DNA of 27,442 bases from Bdellovibrionota bacterium (GTDB lineage: Bacteria > Bdellovibrionota_C > UBA2361 > JBIKUX01), in contig JBIKUX010000030.1 in the NCBI GenBank assembly GCA_044347345.1, positions 1 through 27,442 on the forward strand. Reading direction: 5' to 3'. Shown here in pieces: positions 10,722 through 18,649 of the stretch (its first letter is position 1; the number at the start of each line of letters is the position of its first letter). The notes beneath the pieces are model-generated. The model was given only the letters and a program-made list of their open reading frames with translations. It did no database searches and was not told the DNA's origin. The position numbers and the translations under genes are program-made.

Positions 10722-11881
10722 CTACTGGTGTTTCTAAAGATTATATCCCTAAACATGGTGCGGAAATTAGCTCTGTAGCTATAGCTAAATTACCTTTCAT
10801 GTATGATAATAATTCACTAATCGATTTTGCTGACAGTTGGCTGGGTCATAAAGGTGATAGTCTAGATTTGTTTAAGAGGGTGGTAAGTGGTTCTAATATA
10901 AAAACTCGCTCTTACGCATTTTCGTTAGATGAAATTGCGCAATTACGCGGGCAGTCTCATCGGGCAGGAGAATTTGCACGACGAGCGCAAGAATTTGGGC
11001 TTCAGGTTTCACTAGATGCCTTAGCTAATGCCAATTTATCGGTGAAAGAAATTAAGGGTGTCATATTTACTTCATGCACTATGCCTTTAATACCAGCGCC
11101 TGATGTAGCTTTGATAGAAGAGCTTGGCATTAGCCCGACGGTCATGAGATTACCTTTTTATCAGCATGGCTGCGGAGGTTCGGCTGTGGGGTTAAGAGTT
11201 GCTGGAGCACTTTCGGCTGTTACTGGGCCTATTTTGTTAGTTTCAGTAGAGCTTTGCTCTCTTTTGTTTCATCTGATTGATGTTACAACGAGTAGTTTAA
11301 TAGGTTCTGCTTTATTTGCTGATGGTGCTGCCGCAGTTGTAATCAAGCCGTGTACACAAGAAATTACCTTCAAGCAAACGGATCATAAAGCTCGTATCGT
11401 AGGTAGTAGTTCATATTTAATACCTAAATCTGCTCATTTGATGGGATATAATATTGAGGATAATGGGCCTCATTTATTTCTTGAAAAAGCCTTACCGGGT
11501 GTATTAGCCTCTCACGCTCCGGATGCAATTAAATCTTTTCTTGGCACATTCGGTTTAAGTGTGACCGATGTCAAGCATTGGCTAGTACATCCTGGTGGTA
11601 AATCAATTTTAAATCTTCTAACTCAAGCTCTTAATCTTAGTCATCAACAGTTGTATTTTTCATGGGAGATCTTTTCCCGTTTCGGCAATATGTCATCTAG
11701 TACTCTTTTGTATGTATTGGAGGCGTTTTTTTTAGAGCAAGGGAAGAATTCCAAAGTAGCGGAAGAAAGTGTAATAGAAAGTTGCGCCACCTGTAGTAAA
11801 GTAAGATCTGATGAATTTATCATGGTAGTAGGTATGGGGCCAGGAATGAGTGTTGAACTGTCTCTATTAAGAAGCTCTTAA
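10718..11881 (+). CDS. Type III polyketide synthase (chalcone/stilbene synthase family)
   Basis: Complete Cys-His-Asn triad: HGCGGS, VHPGG, FGNMSS. Also VELCSL, ALFADGAAA and GMGPG. ATGA overlap with the upstream stop suggests translational coupling. Confidence 0.93.
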   Translation: MTTGVSKDYIPKHGAEISSVAIAKLPFMYDNNSLIDFADSWLGHKGDSLDLFKRVVSGSNIKTRSYAFSLDEIAQLRGQSHRAGEFARRAQEFGLQVSLDALANANLSVKEIKGVIFTSCTMPLIPAPDVALIEELGISPTVMRLPFYQHGCGGSAVGLRVAGALSAVTGPILLVSVELCSLLFHLIDVTTSSLIGSALFADGAAAVVIKPCTQEITFKQTDHKARIVGSSSYLIPKSAHLMGYNIEDNGPHLFLEKALPGVLASHAPDAIKSFLGTFGLSVTDVKHWLVHPGGKSILNLLTQALNLSHQQLYFSWEIFSRFGNMSSSTLLYVLEAFFLEQGKNSKVAEESVIESCATCSKVRSDEFIMVVGMGPGMSVELSLLRSS

Positions 11882-11914
11882 TGAGTGAGACCAGTTTTAT
11901 AATTAATTATTGAC

Positions 11915-12367
11915 CTAATTATTATCCCACTCTGCTTTATGTATTTTACATGAGCTACGGTTGCTAATGCTACCGCTAGGATAGTTTTTATCACTAGTCT
12001 CGTAAATCACGGTAAAATTTTGTCCGTTAACTTGGCCAGTGAGTTTGTAAAAAAAGTGACATACCGAAGAACTACCTCCCAAAGAACTATAACCAGAGAC
12101 CATTGATAAAGTACAATTTGAAAATTGTGGACTATGGGGATCTGGGTTACGGAGATCCTGAAAGAGATTCTTAATTAAAGGATTCTCTTCTGCTATAAGC
12201 GTATCGATAATAGTTTGTACTATATTATATGTATCTTTAACATTAACTTCTTCAGCCACACCGGAGCAAATCCACCCTTTCGGTTTACGGATACTTTTTA
12301 GCCAATCCGGTTCAGTTTGTGAACCGGAGGGATTTGTGTTGGTTTGATCATAATTTTGCTGAGACAC
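11915..12367 (-). CDS. Hypothetical protein (150 aa, orphan)
   Basis: Open frame filling the gap between the PKS and DUF4010 genes. GTG start preceded by an A-rich tract with no SD. No family recognised. Confidence 0.6.
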   Translation of the reverse strand: MSQQNYDQTNTNPSGSQTEPDWLKSIRKPKGWICSGVAEEVNVKDTYNIVQTIIDTLIAEENPLIKNLFQDLRNPDPHSPQFSNCTLSMVSGYSSLGGSSSVCHFFYKLTGQVNGQNFTVIYETSDKNYPSGSISNRSSCKIHKAEWDNN

Positions 12368-12537
12368 AGTGCTTTTTTTGATTTTTTTTTAACTTTTTTT
12401 GTTGGATTAATACTTTACTAAACTAATATTTGGCTGGAGCAATACTTTGGTGGTTGAGCGCGTTACGTTTTTTAGACGTTTTTTAAGTTACACCGTAAAA
12501 ATTATACCACATATTTTTTGATTAGAAATCATAAAAA

Positions 12538-13860
12538 TTATTGTGTAAAGGCATACGTGTAAACGTACGTTCCCCACATTGTTAATAGAACTAGGGTAAG
12601 CCCCGTAGCTACACCTAGTATATAAGTGCGGCTTCTGGAAGAGGCAGCTAATAAAAACTTAGTAATTGTGTTTGCTGAAAATGAGGTTAGGATAGCTCCA
12701 ACTGCTTCGTAATTTGATATTTGACCCCCTGATGCGACTGATGCTACAGCAAAGGCGCCAGATTGTGCATCAGCAAAGCCTGAGATAAAAGACGTTAGCA
12801 TAAATCCAGTTTCACCCAACCATTTTAGGGTAAAAGCTGATAGACCTAAGGCTATTGTAACTATGGAAGCAAGAACTACCGCAGTTTGGATATTGAGTGG
12901 GCGGCCTTTGCCGTTAGCAAAATAATCCGACAGGGTGGTTTTGTCTTTTGCTCCCAGTACTAACCATACTAAAGAGTATGCTATTGCCACTACGGCACCC
13001 GCACTCAAAGATAAACTGGCTTTTAAGGCGAGGGCGGGGTTTGCATAATAGACTATCCCACCAGTAGACAGAACAGTAGTTACATTTGAAAATGATGCGC
13101 TAGCTATACACGAACGCACCAATTGTGGATGGATGCGTGCGCGAGCTCCCATGGAGGCAACTGTTGCTGATGCTGATATTAGGCCTCCGAGAAGACCGGC
13201 TAGGGGCGCTCCTATAGCATTACCAAAGATTCGAGTTGCTACTTGACTAGCTGCGTCTATCGCCAGAACAAATGTAACAAAGATTGCTATTTTATTGGGG
13301 ACAAGAGCACCCCACGGGTCGATAGCTGTCTTGGGAGCAAGAGGAACAAGTACTAAAAGTGCTAATCCTAGAAGCACCCCGTTAGTTAGCTCTTGTCGGC
13401 TCATGATATTCCGAATAAAGCCATGCAATGTTCTTTTTGCCGCTAGCAAAGCTGCTATTGATACACCTAATGCCGCTGTGGTGTTTGGTTGACTGTGAGC
13501 TAGTGCTCCTAAGATATATGTGGCGATTAAAGATACCTCGGTGGTAAGCCCAGGATCGTTTATTCCAGAGCGGTAATAAGAAATGGCAAAAAGAAGCGCT
13601 ATCGCTCCAAGACCTGTTGCGACTAAGGTTGATCCGCCAGCAATTTGAGCTGAAAGACCGAGTAATGCTGTTAAAGTAAAGGTGCGAACACCCAAAATAG
13701 ATGGTTCTTTTACTATTTCATAGATTGTCTCGCTTTTGTTACTTAGAGTCTCTTCATGTGCATGTTCTGTCTGAGTCTGGAACTGTTGCTCTCTTTCAGC
13801 ACCAATTAAAAGACCAACTCCTAAAGTCGCAAGAAATGGTAAAGTTATGTCGTTTATAAT
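12538..13860 (-). CDS. MgtC/SapB family membrane protein with C-terminal DUF4010
   Basis: The frame stays open upstream of the track's TTG (13695) and encodes FLATLGVGLLIGAERE...LGVRTF (MgtC N-terminal motif). Downstream: DPGLTTE, DPWG, GLLGGLISASAT, SGFADA, ANTITK. The start is uncertain; the candidates are ATT 13860 and ATA 13857. Confidence 0.85.
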   Translation of the reverse strand: MINDITLPFLATLGVGLLIGAEREQQFQTQTEHAHEETLSNKSETIYEIVKEPSILGVRTFTLTALLGLSAQIAGGSTLVATGLGAIALLFAISYYRSGINDPGLTTEVSLIATYILGALAHSQPNTTAALGVSIAALLAAKRTLHGFIRNIMSRQELTNGVLLGLALLVLVPLAPKTAIDPWGALVPNKIAIFVTFVLAIDAASQVATRIFGNAIGAPLAGLLGGLISASATVASMGARARIHPQLVRSCIASASFSNVTTVLSTGGIVYYANPALALKASLSLSAGAVVAIAYSLVWLVLGAKDKTTLSDYFANGKGRPLNIQTAVVLASIVTIALGLSAFTLKWLGETGFMLTSFISGFADAQSGAFAVASVASGGQISNYEAVGAILTSFSANTITKFLLAASSRSRTYILGVATGLTLVLLTMWGTYVYTYAFTQ

Positions 13861-13921
13861 AGTTTTATCCGCTGTAAAAAATTAGTGTGTTATCACTTTT
13901 TGATGTGTTAGCAATGTCGTT

Positions 13922-13950
13922 AAAGCTACCACTTAAGCGGTAGTTTTTTA
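13922..13950. terminator. Putative intrinsic terminator hairpin (possibly bidirectional)
   Basis: Minus strand reads AAAAAA-CTACCGC-TTAA-GTGGTAG-CTTT (7-bp stem with one G-U, 4-nt loop), about 140 bp downstream of the GT2 stop. A T6 tract follows the hairpin on the + strand. Confidence 0.5.
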
Positions 13951-14088
13951 TCGCTTTGTAAAATCTAGCGTAAAAATCCATCAGCGAGTGTAATTTTTTT
14001 GATGTTAGAGAACAAGTCAGTTAACCGGAATTTAAGTGTAATTATGCAAGCAATCTGCTCCTTTAAGTTGCAGGGTTATTCATCTGCA

Positions 14089-15747
14089 TTACTTTCTTCT
14101 GAGTACGCTGGGTAGCAATTTATCACTGACCTTAACGGCCTTCTTGTAAGCCTCTGGCCAGCATGGATGAAGATTAGTCATATCTTTGTGGTTATCCCAA
14201 CCAAGCCAAACGTTTTGATACCAATCTGGCACAATCTCACTAGCATGACTGAATGTGGAGATTTTTCTTAAAACTTCAAAATCTGTCCGAGCGTAGCTCA
14301 TATGATGGCAAGCTCCTAAGTTATCTGGCAAAAGCTCAAAATAACAATTCATCTCACGCCTATTACTAAAACGCTCTTTCCCTAATCGAATCAGATTAAT
14401 TGCGCGGTAATTTTCCGGAGGATCTATGCGATATTGTTCACTCTTCCAGTAGGTTAATAGTTTTATGCGCCAAGCTGGGATACTTCTGCGTAAACTAACG
14501 TAGCTAATCATACTTTTTAGCTCTGTCGTTTCATAAATCTCGTCAGCATCTACCACTAAGCAATAATTGATACCGTCTTGAATTAGTAGTTCCAGACCAT
14601 AGTTACGCTGCTCCTCTTCCGACAACCAGTTTCCCCGGATTACCCTTAATTTTTTACCATGGTTTTGGAGTGAGTTTATTATCTCGAGAGTTCCCGTATT
14701 ATCCGTTTCTTCGCCGTTCCAAGGTTTGTAACTGATCAAAAAGTAAATGACTTCACAAGAGTCACAAACCGATAGTATCGAATGCTTTAGCCAATGCTCA
14801 TCATCATATACGCAATAGACTGCACCAACTTTAGGTTGCCAAAGACCCACTTGAACCGAAGCATGTTGAGTGGTAGAGACCATCTTTGCTACTAGCTCCG
14901 GCAATCGACACTGACTTAATAAAGAAAATAGTTCCGGGTCTTGCCTGATAACTTGACTATCATTAAAAAGTGCTAGACGGGTTAGGGGATTTCCCCATTT
15001 ATTTTCAAATGCTTTTATGTAGCAATTATTTCGCGCCGTTGTTTGCTCTAAGGTTTCACCACCAAGCCATGTTGAGCGTCCTTGAAAATGTAGAATATAT
15101 GAATCAAGCGCTTGTAAAACGCAAAATCCGCTAAGATAGCACCGTAAGCAGTAGTCGTAGTCTTCACCTCCGCCCTGACCAAAGCAGAGGTCAAACTCGC
15201 CAACTACCGAGTACACCTCATGAGGTATTTTGATGCAGAAAAATGGAGTGGTAAAGACCTGCCTGAAGCCGCGTTTGTTGCGTTGATGACGTTTAACTAT
15301 AGCTAGTAAATCTAGCTCATACCCCAAAAATTCCTCTAAAGACATACTCTGTTTGATGGTTAAATTATTTGATTGATATTGGACTTGTTGATTGCAGATT
15401 GGTGATACTACTGATGCAATCTCTAATAAAAGAGGGGGCAGCCAGTCTGGGGTAAAGATTACGTCATTGTTTAACAAGAAGAGGTCACTCTGGCTCTTTG
15501 CCGCATATCTCATAAACTCGTTTGCATTTTCAGCAAAAGAGGCAGGTGTATCCCGCTCAATAATTATTAGGTTAGGGGGCAGGGACATTTCTGAAATAGT
15601 AGCAGCATCTATTCCGTACCCGTCGTTATCGATTAAAATAAGTCTGTCTTCGGCTGCAAGTTTAGTATGCTCAAAAAATGAAGTAAGCGCGTAAGGTGTA
15701 TACGCTTTGGAGGCTTTTGTAGTAACCATTCCAAAAGTTAACGCCAT
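14089..15747 (-). CDS. Two-domain GT-A (family 2-like) glycosyltransferase
   Basis: Domain 1: ILIDND, LLNNDV, VGEFD...GGEDYDYCLR, HFQGRST. Domain 2: VYCVYDDEHWL, EEEQRNYGL, LVVDADEIY, HHMSYAR. Confidence 0.85.
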   Translation of the reverse strand: MALTFGMVTTKASKAYTPYALTSFFEHTKLAAEDRLILIDNDGYGIDAATISEMSLPPNLIIIERDTPASFAENANEFMRYAAKSQSDLFLLNNDVIFTPDWLPPLLLEIASVVSPICNQQVQYQSNNLTIKQSMSLEEFLGYELDLLAIVKRHQRNKRGFRQVFTTPFFCIKIPHEVYSVVGEFDLCFGQGGGEDYDYCLRCYLSGFCVLQALDSYILHFQGRSTWLGGETLEQTTARNNCYIKAFENKWGNPLTRLALFNDSQVIRQDPELFSLLSQCRLPELVAKMVSTTQHASVQVGLWQPKVGAVYCVYDDEHWLKHSILSVCDSCEVIYFLISYKPWNGEETDNTGTLEIINSLQNHGKKLRVIRGNWLSEEEQRNYGLELLIQDGINYCLVVDADEIYETTELKSMISYVSLRRSIPAWRIKLLTYWKSEQYRIDPPENYRAINLIRLGKERFSNRREMNCYFELLPDNLGACHHMSYARTDFEVLRKISTFSHASEIVPDWYQNVWLGWDNHKDMTNLHPCWPEAYKKAVKVSDKLLPSVLRRK

Positions 15748-15879
15748 ATAGACCTAGGGTTAATTGACTTATCAATAACCCTATGATGTCTTAGTGCTTA
15801 AATTTGTACCCTACTATAAAAAGTTAACACCTCTTTTTCTAGCTTATGATGAAAAATTGCAAATCTTAGCAAGTTATTT

Positions 15880-16200
15880 TTAATTTTCAGGGGTAAATAA
15901 TGGGATTGAAAAAGTTGTACACTGCCCCAAATTTTGCTTATACATTGTTAACCCGAGTTCTGCTCTGTTTGGAGTTATACAAGAAATCGTAAGAATTGTT
16001 GTTAGAGCACCTGGAGTTGTAGTTTTTGTAATCTCAATCTCACTATCATGATTACTAAAAGCTTCTAAAATTTGGTCTATTTGGGAGACTTCCGTATGTC
16101 GATCCACTCTTTCAAAAAACTCTTTCGCTTCGTTTAGTATAGAAATTGCATCTTTTAGTGAGACGTTGTTTCCAGAGGTATTATGTATCTGAATGTCCAT
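15880..16200 (-). CDS. Hypothetical protein (106 aa, orphan)
   Basis: ATG-started open frame in AT-rich DNA, 53 bp downstream of a co-oriented ORF of the same length. No family recognised. Confidence 0.6.
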   Translation of the reverse strand: MDIQIHNTSGNNVSLKDAISILNEAKEFFERVDRHTEVSQIDQILEAFSNHDSEIEITKTTTPGALTTILTISCITPNRAELGLTMYKQNLGQCTTFSIPLFTPEN

Positions 16201-16253
16201 TATCTTGTTTCACGGAATTAAGTTTATCTACCAAACGATTAATTTAGATTATT

Positions 16254-16574
16254 TTAGTTATTTTGAGAATTGCTAAAGTCATGGTTGCTGAGTTTAACAT
16301 AAGTCTCAGCCTTTATTATTTCATAAGTGAGAATATTACCATATGTAATAGTAACCTTAAGTTCCTGTTTTCCGTCTTTGCTTGGGATACTAAGGGTGAT
16401 TTTGCTGGTGACTTGGGAACTATCATCCCATTCCCGACCACTGAATCTGGTTGAGACATTATCATTAAGCCACGCTATTAGCTTATTTTTGTCCCCTTGC
16501 ACATTATATTTTTCACCATTAAGGTCATTGATGAATGCTGCTATAACAGATGAGTGTTCCGATAAGTCTGCCAT
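16254..16574 (-). CDS. Hypothetical protein (106 aa, orphan)
   Basis: ATG start with AAAGGA 10 nt upstream; open frame in AT-rich DNA. No family recognised. Confidence 0.65.
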   Translation of the reverse strand: MADLSEHSSVIAAFINDLNGEKYNVQGDKNKLIAWLNDNVSTRFSGREWDDSSQVTSKITLSIPSKDGKQELKVTITYGNILTYEIIKAETYVKLSNHDFSNSQNN

Positions 16575-16700
16575 TATCTAGATGTCCTTTGCCTCTAATT
16601 TTTAATAGTTTTTTAAAATTTTATTATTTACTAGTATTTAGTCACTAATTACTCATAGTTAGTTAGCTAAGGTTTAAAACACATTATAAAATGTATTTGC

Positions 16701-16740
16701 AAAAATACTACTGGCAAAACAAAAACATTACTGGCGGCAA
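16701..16740. repeat. Imperfect 20-bp direct repeat x2
   Basis: AAAAATACTACTGGCAAAAC / AAAAACATTACTGGCGGCAA, immediately upstream (on the - strand) of a TATAAT at 16688-16683. Confidence 0.6.
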
Positions 16741-16812
16741 ATTACTTGGTAGTATTAATTAAGAATTCCAATAAGAATTTTTTTTACGGCCAGATTTTAC
16801 TCACTTAAGATT

Positions 16813-16847
16813 TTATGAAGATCTGATAGAAATAAGTGCATAAAAAA
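16813..16847. repeat. 35-bp dispersed repeat, copy 1
   Basis: TTATGAAGA-tctgat-AGAAATAAGTGCATAAAAAA; 31/35 identical to 18650-18684. Confidence 0.85.
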
Positions 16848-17186
16848 TAAAAAAACATTTTTTGATTATCAACAACAGTGATAACCGCCGTCCTATAAAT
16901 GTCTGATGATTCACTAATCAAAAAACTATTACTTCACATCGGACTTTTTTTTAATAAGAGATATATCTTACACTTACAAAGTATCTTCGAGCTCTATCTG
17001 AATAATTCAATTGCGACCTCAAATTATTATCACTAGCTATTGTAATAATAAACGCTGCTAGTAATCAGAGCCAATAATCACTGAGCACAGCTAGTTGTTT
17101 TGCGAGTTAATCTAAATGATTCTTCTCGGTGATGGTTAAGAATTATATCCTAGCATTAGTTTTCTTACTGATAGGGTAAGGTAAGT

Positions 17187-17249
17187 CGAGGTGATCCCCA
17201 AAGTGAGATGATCCCCAAAAGGTTGAGGAGAACCCCAAAAAGTAGAGAG
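17187..17249. repeat. IS3-type right terminal inverted repeat plus two truncated tandem copies
   Basis: CGAGGTGATCCCCAAAG (17187-17203), TGAGATGATCCCCAAAAGGT (17204-17223) and TGAGGAGAACCCCAAAAAGTAGAGAG (17224-17249). The last starts with TG and lies about 100 bp past the end of the transposase remnant. Confidence 0.65.
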
Positions 17250-18200
17250 TCTTGATAAGCTAAAATCTACAATTTTTTAAATTCCGATGAACGACTCCAG
17301 CCAGTTCGAACCGTTTTCAAGCTCAAATATCGAAATAAAATATGGTAATCAAATATTATAAGAAGGAATGAGCTCTTCTTTTATTATAAAAATCTGCAAT
17401 CTACTTTTAGATTCTCCTTTCTGGCTCGCTTTAAGTATTGAATGTATGCCCCCTATAGGGCTGCTACTTTTAAGCTCCGAAAGAATCTTTCTGCAATAGA
17501 GTTATCCCAAGTAATTACCCTTCCTCGACATACTCTGAATAATTTCATACTGAGCTATCATTCACCGATACCGCTCACTGGTATACTGACTGAACACCTC
17601 TCTATCTGAATGTAGTAAAACTTTTGGCAGCGGTCTCCTTTTTACCACTACTTTTTCCAACAAATGCCATACAAATAAGATTCGTTGTGAAGTTTGTACG
17701 TGTAGCCCACCAACTTCCATTCTCGAAAAGAGATTGATAATCACTGCCAAATACAGCCACCCATTTTCAGTCCATATACAGGTAATATCTGATACCCAAG
17801 CTCTGTTTGATGCCTGTATTCCACGGGATTTAATTAATCTTCTAACACTCTTTCGATTGACTGTTATCCTTTGTTGACTGCTATCCCTTGGCGTTTGAGT
17901 TTACGCACTATTCTCAAAAATTCCATAAGCGCCGTACCTTTCCTTATTAAGCACTTGGATTAAATCAGTAAGGCTCTGATCCTTTAGTTGCTTCTCACTT
18001 TGCGTACTACTTCGCCGTTTATAGTATCTGACGCTCCTGACTTTCAATACTAGCCACTCCACTGTAACGATACTGGATAGTGGCGTTTATGGAACTTTAT
18101 AAAATGATACTTTACGATTGGTTTTTGGCAAAAAACGCTTCGGCTTTTTTTACAATCTAACGCTCCATCCGAAGACGACTGTTCTCTTCTTCTCGCTCCT
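17224..18200 (-). mobile_element. Decayed IS3-family insertion sequence (3' end of orfA, orfB, right end; left end not found)
   Basis: orfA tail EEENSRLRMER*IVKKAEAFFAKNQS* contains an A7G slippery site (18151-18144). orfB fragments: KYHFIKFHKRHYPVS, VLKVRSVRYYK, RYGAYG, VNRKSVRRLIKSRGI, WVSDITCIWTENGWLYLAVIINLFSR, LLHSDR..SQYTS, QSMSRKGN, WDNSIAERFFRSLK, FYNKRRAHSFL*Y. Confidence 0.92.
17341..18115 (-). pseudogene. IS3-family DDE transposase (orfB) pseudogene
   Basis: The rve-like core keeps its D (17789-17787), D (17606-17604) and E (17491-17489) codons. It is broken by in-frame stops (e.g. TGA 17564-17562), several frameshifts, a 17-bp duplication (17857-17890) and an apparent deletion before WVSDIT. 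The 62-aa ORF 17562-17750 is one fragment of it. Confidence 0.9.
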
Positions 18201-18246
18201 AATTATTCACGTTAATTAAGATCTCTCACTCTCCGTTCTTATTCGA

Positions 18247-18579
18247 TTAGAGTTGTTGTTCAGCTTGTTGGGTTGGGTGAAGAAAATCGAACGAGCCATC
18301 TGTGCGCAATACAGCAACAATAATAATATCAGAGTCTTGAGGATTGGCAAATTTATTTGGGTTTGTACTGTAACGCAATGTGCAGTTAGGGTTTTCGCTG
18401 GTAGGACCCCAAAACGCTAATGAATTTGTATTCTCTGCTCGCCACTCTTTAAAGGGTGGATATTTACACAGAGCTTGGTAGGCTCTTTCAAATGCCGGCG
18501 GAATATGTGGAGTCGTAACATTATAACTTATACCTGGCATATCCCTCATTAAAATATTTAAAGATTTCTTAATACCCAA
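18247..18579 (-). CDS. Hypothetical protein (about 97-110 aa, orphan)
   Basis: Open frame between the IS remnant and repeat copy 2. Start uncertain (TTG 18579 or the in-frame ATGs at 18549/18540). No family recognised. Confidence 0.55.
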   Translation of the reverse strand: MGIKKSLNILMRDMPGISYNVTTPHIPPAFERAYQALCKYPPFKEWRAENTNSLAFWGPTSENPNCTLRYSTNPNKFANPQDSDIIIVAVLRTDGSFDFLHPTQQAEQQL

Positions 18580-18649
18580 TCTTGTAAATTTAGAGCACTT
18601 TAAGCCTTATAAAGCCAACACGTGCACCCAAAATGTTAAGCATAAATAA

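Noticed and set aside
12519..12537. Possible third copy of the 35-bp motif (TGATTAGAAATCATAAAAA) upstream of the 150-aa orphan
   Set aside because: It needs a 5-bp deletion and lacks the TTATGAAGA arm; a weak AT-rich hairpin after the DUF4010 stop explains it equally well.
15880..16574. Integron cassette array
   Set aside because: No attC-like RYYYAAC...GTTRRRY palindrome between the ORFs and no integrase in the window.
16899..17036. 45-codon + strand ORF (MSDDSLIKK...)
   Set aside because: No RBS or motif; compatible with chance.
17187..17249. Mini CRISPR array
   Set aside because: The units abut with no spacers, are too short, and there are no cas genes.
17562..17750. 62-aa ORF as an independent gene
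   Set aside because: It is a fragment of the IS3 transposase pseudogene.
17341..18200. Stop-codon reassignment explaining the in-frame stops
   Set aside because: All three stop types plus frameshifts occur, and intact genes in the window end in TAA, TAG and TGA.
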